NCBI GenBank assembly: GCA_963814215.1
Contig: CAWFCM010000008.1
Coordinates: forward strand, 2,539 to 66,538
Direction of reading: 5' to 3'
Source of the DNA: an uncultured Alphaproteobacteria bacterium
GTDB lineage: Bacteria; Pseudomonadota; Alphaproteobacteria; Rhizobiales; Xanthobacteraceae
Length of the DNA: 64,000 nucleotides
Part shown: positions 56,906 to 64,000 of the stretch, one piece after another
How the letters are laid out: each line of letters starts with the position of its first letter
How positions within the stretch are numbered: the first letter of the stretch is position 1
Position numbers and translations under genes: made by a program
Notes under the pieces: model-generated
Databases searched by the model: none
Told to the model about the DNA's origin: nothing
The model's input: the letters and a program-made list of their open reading frames with translations, nothing else

Positions 56906-58804
56906 ATGTCCGCAGACGACAAGATCAACATTCTGCTGGTCGACGATCAGGCAGGGAAACTGCTGAGCTACGAGGTGATCCTGAGGCAACTCGGCGAGAA
57001 CCTCATCAAGGCGTCGTCCGGCCGCGAGGCACTGGAATACCTGCTGAAGACGGAGATCGCCGTCGTTCTGGTCGACGTCTGCATGCCAGATCTTGACGGG
57101 TTCCAGCTCGCCGCGATGATCCGCGAGCATCCGCGTTTCAAGAAGACGGCGATGATCTTCATCTCGGCTATCCACCTGTCGGACATGGACCGGCTGCGCG
57201 GCTACGAGATGGGTGCGGTGGACTATGTCCCGGTTCCGGTGATCCCCGAGGTGCTGCGTGCCAAGGTCAAGGTGTTCGCAGAGCTATACCGAAAGACACG
57301 AGAGCTAGAGAAGCTCAATGCCGAGCTAGAGCAGCGCGTCGCCGCGCGGACCGCTGAATTGCAGGCTTCGACCGGCCGTTTATTGCAAAGCGAGCAGCGC
57401 CGCTCCCTCGCCCTCGCCGCAGGCAATATGGGCGCTTGGGACTGGGACCGCGTCAACGGGGACTGCCTTTGGGACGACGGCCAGTGCCGGATTTTCGGCG
57501 TGGAGCGTGAATCGTTTGCGGTCACGCCGGAAAACATGCGTGTCCTATTGCATCCCGACGACTGGAACAATCTGCAAGCCGCCACCAACAAACTTCTGGA
57601 AAATCGCCAAGCCTATCAAGGTGAGTTCCGCGTGCGGCGCCCAAATGGCGAAGTGCGGTGGTGCTTCGGCTCCGCCGCACCGACCGTCGACGAAGCCGGC
57701 AACGTGATGCGCATCAGCGGCGTGACAGTCGACATCACCGACCGCAAGGAGGCCGAGGAGCGGCAGGCGCTGCTGTCGCGCGAAGTCGACCATCGCGCCA
57801 AGAATGCCTTGGCGCTGGTGCAGTCGATCATCCGGCTGACGCGGGCAGGCAGCGTCGCCGCCTACACTGCGGCGGTCGAAGGACGCATCCAGGCGCTGTC
57901 GCGTGCTCACACCGTACTCGCGCAATCTCGCTGGCAAGGCGCGGACCTCGGCGGGCTGGTGGAAGAGGAGGTGGCGCCATTCCGCACCGGCGATATCAGT
58001 CAGATATCGCTTCAAGGCCCGCGCGTGCTGCTGCAACCGACGCCGGCGCAGACGCTTGCTCTGGCACTCCACGAGCTTGCCACCAACGCGGCGAAATACG
58101 GCGCGCTGTCCCGGGGCACAGGAACGGTGGAGCTGTCGTGGGCGGTCGAAGCTGGCACGCTGGTCATCTCCTGGAACGAAGCCGGCGGCCCCCCGGCCTG
58201 CAAACCCGCCTCGCAAGGCTTCGGCACACGACTGATACTTGCCAGTGTCGAGGGACAATTGGGCGGCAAGGTGCTGTTCGACTGGCGTTCCGAGGGCCTC
58301 AAGTGCACTCTATGCGTGCCGCTGAGCGACAGGCTCGCGCATCCCGACGCCGCTGAATTTAGCCATCACGAGCGTATCCAGCGCGACGCACCGTTCGAGA
58401 CCGGCGTCGCAATGCCGGGCGACCGTGTGATGATCGTCGAAGACGAGCCGCTTGTGGCGATGGCAATGAGCGAACTGATGGCCGAGTTGGGCATGATCGT
58501 GATCGGCCCGTTCGGCAGAGTTGGCCAGGCGATCGCGGCGCTCAAGGACAACCCCGTCAACGTGGCGCTGCTCGACATCAACCTGGCGGGCGAACTGGTC
58601 TATCCGCTCGCGGACAGGCTGATGGCGAACAACGTGCCATTCGTGTTCGTGACCGGCTACGGCAGCGAGAGCATCGATCGGCGCTACGCCAACGTTCGCG
58701 TTCTACAGAAACCTATCAAGCGCGACGTGTTGCAGACCATGTTTTCACAATCTCCGGTAACGGCCGATGCTTCGGACCAGCGTCGAGCGGCGGGGGCGCT
58801 GTAA
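56906..58804 (+). CDS. REC - PAS - HWE/HisKA_2 histidine kinase - REC protein
   Basis: 632 aa. Domains are an N-terminal receiver (ILLVDDQ...VLVDVCMPDLDG), a PAS region (GAWDWD...FRVRRPNGEVRW), the H-box EVDHRAKNALALVQSI, HELATNAAKYGA and a C-terminal receiver. Confidence 0.85.
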   Translation: MSADDKINILLVDDQAGKLLSYEVILRQLGENLIKASSGREALEYLLKTEIAVVLVDVCMPDLDGFQLAAMIREHPRFKKTAMIFISAIHLSDMDRLRGYEMGAVDYVPVPVIPEVLRAKVKVFAELYRKTRELEKLNAELEQRVAARTAELQASTGRLLQSEQRRSLALAAGNMGAWDWDRVNGDCLWDDGQCRIFGVERESFAVTPENMRVLLHPDDWNNLQAATNKLLENRQAYQGEFRVRRPNGEVRWCFGSAAPTVDEAGNVMRISGVTVDITDRKEAEERQALLSREVDHRAKNALALVQSIIRLTRAGSVAAYTAAVEGRIQALSRAHTVLAQSRWQGADLGGLVEEEVAPFRTGDISQISLQGPRVLLQPTPAQTLALALHELATNAAKYGALSRGTGTVELSWAVEAGTLVISWNEAGGPPACKPASQGFGTRLILASVEGQLGGKVLFDWRSEGLKCTLCVPLSDRLAHPDAAEFSHHERIQRDAPFETGVAMPGDRVMIVEDEPLVAMAMSELMAELGMIVIGPFGRVGQAIAALKDNPVNVALLDINLAGELVYPLADRLMANNVPFVFVTGYGSESIDRRYANVRVLQKPIKRDVLQTMFSQSPVTADASDQRRAAGAL

Positions 58805-58857
58805 GCGCAAGTAGACAAGGCTGCGGCCAAATCCAGCGTCTTCACCCCAAGGAGCGC

Positions 58858-58896
58858 AGAGTTGCGTCGTTTGCAATCGACGCAGCTCGCTTTTCC
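58858..58896 (+). terminator. Terminator-like hairpin after the kinase operon
   Basis: tgcgtcg (58863-58869) pairs with cgacgca (58878-58884), with extended pairing, followed by gcttttcc. Confidence 0.45.
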
Positions 58897-58931
58897 GATA
58901 GAATTCCAATCTGCAGAAAGCTAATGTCCCG

Positions 58932-59156
58932 TTGGGTTCCCGTCGAGTGCTGGAGGGTGCGTTGTCGGAGTACCGCTTCACCTTCAAGACATCAGCCGTC
59001 GCGCCACCGGTCGTCGAACGTCCGAAATGTGAGGAGTGCCAACTCGACATGTGGCTGCTGGATATCAAGCCATCCCAGCCCGGTCAGGATGTCCGCACCT
59101 TCGAATGCGCGCGATGTGGGGCGAGCAAGACCATTCTGTGCCGCAGCGAGCGTTGA
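58932..59156 (+). CDS. Small zinc-ribbon protein (hypothetical)
   Basis: CEECQ ... CARCG (two CxxC pairs). The start is uncertain; a TTG at 58962 preceded by GGAGGG is plausible. Confidence 0.4.
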   Translation: MGSRRVLEGALSEYRFTFKTSAVAPPVVERPKCEECQLDMWLLDIKPSQPGQDVRTFECARCGASKTILCRSER

Positions 59157-59521
59157 AATTCACCGTAGAGCGAAGTCTGTTGCCGCCAACGCCGTCTTGA
59201 GCGGTGCGATTTGGTTCAGTCCGCGATGCCCGTGCCGGCGAAAGCGGCGCTTCCCGTCCTTACGTTGCGGCGCGGCCTTCCTCTGAAACGCCGCGTGCCT
59301 CCTGAATGCTTCGCCTAATTTCTGTTCGGCGGGATCGTGCAGATGGGCGGCGGCGAGGTTCGCGGCTTCCATGCCGAATTGCTCGGAACTGTGATGGTTT
59401 CAAGGGCTTGGCTTGTCCCGGGCCGCTCGCTGTCACTCCGCAATCACTTACCGCCGCAAGCTGCCGTACGAACATTTTTTGTCGCGATGGCCGTTGATTG
59501 TGACAGAAATACTACGATTAG

Positions 59522-60466
59522 ATGTCAGTTCGGTTTCACGCGGAGCGGTCCATGAGTTTGGAATGGCGGGGGCGGTCAAGTTTTCTGGCATTGTCAAATC
59601 CCCTGGCCCTGTGGTGGGGCGTGTTGACGCTGGTCAGCGGAGCAAATATCGCGGTTTGGTTCTTGCTCTTCCACCAGCTCCAGGAACAGCGGACAGGCAG
59701 CCCCGGCAGCACGTCCGGCACCGAGCTTATGCTGCTCCTCTGTGCGGCCTATGTTTTTGGCTGCGCATTCAGGTCGTTTCTTCCGCGCGCGGATGTTCAG
59801 CGGATCTGCTTGTTCGACACGTGGCTGTCGAGCGTTGCCGTCGGCCGGTCGGTAGCAACCGTGGCCGAGGTCTGCTTCGCGGTGCAGTGGGCGATTATCC
59901 TGCACCAGCTGGGCACGATGACGGGAGCGGACACCACCTTGAACGCCGCGCGGGTGATCGTGCCGTTGATCCTCATTGCGCAATGCTTCTCATGGCAGGC
60001 GGTGCTGACCAAAAACTATTTGGGTCATGCGATCGAAAATTCGATATGGGCCGTTGCCTTCTTCGTCGTTGGGATTGGCCTGTGCCGGTTGCTGCCGGAG
60101 TTCGATGGTCCGGCTCGCGTGGTCCTCGCCGTCGCGATCATCGGGATTGCCTGCTATCTGGCGTTTCTCATGACCATCGATGTCCCGATGTACCTGAGCC
60201 GATGGCGGGCCGACGTTGCCGCGGGCAGCAAGCTTCTGAGACCCCTTGAGGGTCTCCGTGATGTCAGCACGCGTTGGGTTGTGACGCACGACCCTGCTGA
60301 GTGGAAGGGCGAGATTGCTTGGATGTCGCTCTATTTCAGTGCGGCGGTCTGGGCCAGCCTTGCATTGTGCGTTTTCTACTCGCTCGAGGATCATCTCCCC
60401 CGCTATCGTAGCGAAGCGACGGTCATAAGCTTGCCATTGGACGCGTCGGCGGCAGCTAGGAAGTAG
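59522..60466 (+). CDS. Hypothetical polytopic membrane protein
   Basis: 314-aa ORF with several long hydrophobic segments (ALWWGVLTLVSGANIAVWFLLF, IWAVAFFVVGIGLCRLL, VVLAVAIIGIACYLAFLM). No family was recognised. Confidence 0.55.
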   Translation: MSVRFHAERSMSLEWRGRSSFLALSNPLALWWGVLTLVSGANIAVWFLLFHQLQEQRTGSPGSTSGTELMLLLCAAYVFGCAFRSFLPRADVQRICLFDTWLSSVAVGRSVATVAEVCFAVQWAIILHQLGTMTGADTTLNAARVIVPLILIAQCFSWQAVLTKNYLGHAIENSIWAVAFFVVGIGLCRLLPEFDGPARVVLAVAIIGIACYLAFLMTIDVPMYLSRWRADVAAGSKLLRPLEGLRDVSTRWVVTHDPAEWKGEIAWMSLYFSAAVWASLALCVFYSLEDHLPRYRSEATVISLPLDASAAARK

Positions 60467-60654
60467 CGCGCCGCAATGGCGCGTCACAGCGTCTAGGCGC
60501 ACGCCGGCGGATTGGCCGGGGTCAGTGCCGCCCGCGAGGTTTCCGCTTACCGAACCCGAGTTGCTCTGTCGTTCAAGTACGATCCTGAATAAGCGGTCGG
60601 CACACGCTCATGTCCCGGATACGATGCGGCGCGACAACGAATGCGCCGCAGCTT

Positions 60655-60720
60655 CGGTGATGTCCGGTTTTTGATGAAAGCGGACGTCGGTCCACGACCC
60701 GTTACGCCAATCTGGCTCTG
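60655..60720 (+). repeat. Dispersed repeat, partial copy E
   Basis: gatgtccggtttttgatgaaagcggacgtcgg shares the AAGCGGACGTCGG core with copy C. Confidence 0.45.
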
Positions 60721-60768
60721 CTGGGATTTGGCAAACTTTTTTTGCTCCGATTTTGCTCCGCTCCCGCG

Positions 60769-61767
60769 TCACAAAGTACGTGTCACCTTGCTCAAGTGGG
60801 GTGGATTGTCGGGATCGAAGCCTCGCCGACGTGCCGCCTCTTCGATGGCGCGATAGGCCGGAATTAGCATGACGACCGGGTCGCAAGCGGGGTGACCTTC
60901 GCCGATCCAGGGTAGCGTTCCGTCGGCGCCTCCGGCGGTAAACACTCTTTCGCCGGCAGCATTCAGGTCACGGACAAGGTCGTCGACCGCAGCAGTAGCT
61001 TGGTCGCTTTGTCGTAGCGCCAGAACGGGCGTTGCTGGCGTGATCGACGCACGCGGCCCGTGCCGCAGCTCTGCCGCGCTGTAGCCAAGAGTCGGGACGC
61101 GCAAGATTTCAGCGACCTTCAGCGCTATCTCGCGCACGCTACCGAGGCCATATCCGCGTCCCACGACAAAGGCTGCCGCTGCGCCCGCCGCACAATCTGC
61201 CCAGACCGACCAGTCGCACGCCATGGCGCGCGACAGTCGGAGCGGCAAACGTCGGAGGCCGTCGCTGAGGTCTTCGTCTCCGGCCAGCGCCGCCACCAAT
61301 TGGGCCCCGGCGATCATCGACAGAGCAACGGTCTTGGTCGCCGCCACGGAATTTTCCTTCCCTGCTCCAATCGGCAGGATCAGCTCAGACGCAGCGGCTG
61401 CGGGAGAGTTTTCGTCATTGACGATAGCAAGCGTCAGCGCGCCAAACTTGCGCGCCGCCTGCGTGGCAGTGACAAGGTCGGGACTACGGCCGGACTGTGA
61501 CACTACGATCCACAGCGCGTCGCGCATATCCGGAGGACGCTGATAGGCCGTTACGACGGAAGGTGCGGCGGCTGATACCAACAGGCCGAGACGCGCTTCG
61601 AAAAGGTAGCGCAGATAAACGCCGACATGACCGGAGCTTCCGCGTCCGCAGAAAACGACCACACGAGGTTTGGCCCGCTCTATCCGTGCTCTAATCGGTG
61701 CGAACATATCGGTGCGCGCCAAGAGACGTTCGGCCGCCGCCGGGATTTCGGCGATCTCGCATGCCAT
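60769..61767 (-). CDS. SIS-domain sugar-phosphate isomerase/deaminase (GlmS isomerase-domain-like, NagB-II type)
   Basis: Start is taken at MACEIAEIPAAAERLL (the ORF opens at 61812, overlapping murQ). Two SIS motifs are CGRGSSGH...VSQSGRSPD and a C-terminal EEAARRRGFDPDNPPHLSKVTRTL. Confidence 0.75.
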   Translation of the reverse strand: MACEIAEIPAAAERLLARTDMFAPIRARIERAKPRVVVFCGRGSSGHVGVYLRYLFEARLGLLVSAAAPSVVTAYQRPPDMRDALWIVVSQSGRSPDLVTATQAARKFGALTLAIVNDENSPAAAASELILPIGAGKENSVAATKTVALSMIAGAQLVAALAGDEDLSDGLRRLPLRLSRAMACDWSVWADCAAGAAAAFVVGRGYGLGSVREIALKVAEILRVPTLGYSAAELRHGPRASITPATPVLALRQSDQATAAVDDLVRDLNAAGERVFTAGGADGTLPWIGEGHPACDPVVMLIPAYRAIEEAARRRGFDPDNPPHLSKVTRTL

Positions 61768-61786
61768 TGCACTGCCGCTCTGCAGT

Positions 61787-62680
61787 TCAGCCATGGTCGC
61801 GGGCGGATTCATTTATGGCGGATCGCAAATTTCCATTGTGGCGCTGCAGCAGTTGATCGGCCTCGCTGCGGCTTAGTCCGAACCCCAGCAAGACCGCTGT
61901 CTTCACGTCTCCGTTGGCTTGTTCCAGGTAGCGCGCGGCGTCGCCTTCTGGACAGCGGACGATTTCGCTGACCATGCTTTCCGCGCGGCGGCGCAATTTC
62001 GCGTTCCGCGCTCGCATGTCCACCATCAGCCCGCGATAAACACGGCCCATCCTCACCATCACAGCAGTCGAAAAAAGGTTGAGAACGATTTTCTGTGCAG
62101 TGCCGGCCTTCATGCGAGTGGATCCGGCAATGACCTCGCTCCCCGTGTCAGCCAGGATGCGATGGCGCGCGACGTCAAAGAGCGGAGCTCCGGGGTTATT
62201 GGCGATGGCGATCGTGACCGCGCCTGAGCTACTCGCCGCTCTTAAGGCGCCAATCGTAAAGGGTGTCGCGCCACTTGCCGCGATGCCAATGACGACATCG
62301 CTGGCTCCAATCGACGCGCTCAGCATGGCCTCGGCGCCGGCGGCCTCGTTGTCCTCTGCCTGCTCGGCACTCCGGACGAGCGCCCCAATTCCCCCCGCCA
62401 TGGCAAACACCAGACGGTCGGGGGGCCAGTCAAAGGTTGGCGTCAGCTCGGTTCCGTCCTGGACTCCAATGCGCCCCGACGTGCCAGCCCCAGCATAGAC
62501 AATCCGTCCGCCTCGTTGCAGCGCCGGTACCGCGTCCTCGACGGCCGCCGCGATCGGGCCGAGGGCGCCGCGAACCGCAGCGGCCGCAGCAAGCTGCCCC
62601 TCGTACATCGCGGCTATCATCTCAACTGCTGACCAGGAATCGAGCTCGATGTAGCGTGGGTCGATTTGCTCGGTAGGCAT
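61787..62680 (-). CDS. murQ: N-acetylmuramic acid 6-phosphate etherase
   Basis: 297 aa with RIVYAGAGTSGRIG, GIAASGATPF, GSTRMKAGTAQKIVLN and MVDMRARNAKL. Confidence 0.9.
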   Translation of the reverse strand: MPTEQIDPRYIELDSWSAVEMIAAMYEGQLAAAAAVRGALGPIAAAVEDAVPALQRGGRIVYAGAGTSGRIGVQDGTELTPTFDWPPDRLVFAMAGGIGALVRSAEQAEDNEAAGAEAMLSASIGASDVVIGIAASGATPFTIGALRAASSSGAVTIAIANNPGAPLFDVARHRILADTGSEVIAGSTRMKAGTAQKIVLNLFSTAVMVRMGRVYRGLMVDMRARNAKLRRRAESMVSEIVRCPEGDAARYLEQANGDVKTAVLLGFGLSRSEADQLLQRHNGNLRSAINESARDHG

Positions 62681-62744
62681 GGCTTATCTCGGTTTACGCC
62701 GCAACCGCGGCTGCATTCGCTCCATGCAAGTACGTCGGCACTAA

Positions 62745-64000
<1,256 letters not shown>

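Overview
High-GC alphaproteobacterial chromosome segment. Gene content and repeat families look Bradyrhizobium/Rhodopseudomonas-like, but that is inference only.

Layout:
(i) 1-30 kb is a transport and catabolism patchwork. It holds four Bug/TctC-type and three tandem PF04392-type orphan solute-binding genes and one TRAP transporter. It also holds two VOC extradiol dioxygenases, an RraA-like aldolase, a Rieske ferredoxin, an alpha/beta hydrolase, a dienelactone hydrolase and two luciferase-like monooxygenases. There are three MetE-C-terminal-like (CIMS) genes, two of them paired with amidohydrolase_2 genes. No regulator gene is visible.
(ii) Mobile DNA comprises three elements. An intact IS5/IS1182-type IS (5281-6770, TSD CTCAG) sits inside a REP/MITE cluster. 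An AT-richer single-gene island (about 20.6-23.6 kb) encodes a Cas4/RecB-like nuclease + RNase-H-fold + IS66-type transposase fusion, broken by one in-frame TGA. An IS110-family element (about 31.04-32.54 kb) has structured non-coding ends (candidate bridge RNA).
(iii) 32.7-37 kb holds an IorAB-type oxidoreductase whose large subunit has decayed by at least 4 frameshifts, plus an ACAD-fold flavin monooxygenase.
(iv) 37-50.2 kb is a complete nitrate-assimilation regulon on the minus strand: nasT-nasS, then nrtABC-globin-nirA-flp-nasA-cysG. It carries two sigma54-type promoters, a shared 19-bp palindromic upstream site and an ANTAR-type leader terminator.
(v) 50.6-58.8 kb holds a giant soluble poly-HAMP hybrid histidine kinase (11 in-frame 276-bp repeats) followed by a REC-PAS-HWE kinase-REC gene.
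(vi) 60.8-64 kb holds amino-sugar/peptidoglycan-recycling genes (SIS, murQ, GlcNAc-kinase-like, 3' end of murA).

At least 7 frameshifts and one nonsense codon are concentrated in five genes, while long neighbouring genes are intact. No rRNA, tRNA or CRISPR array was seen.

Limits: all calls come from reading the ORF track and the sequence by eye. No database or structure search was run. Coordinates of non-ORF features are approximate to a few nt.
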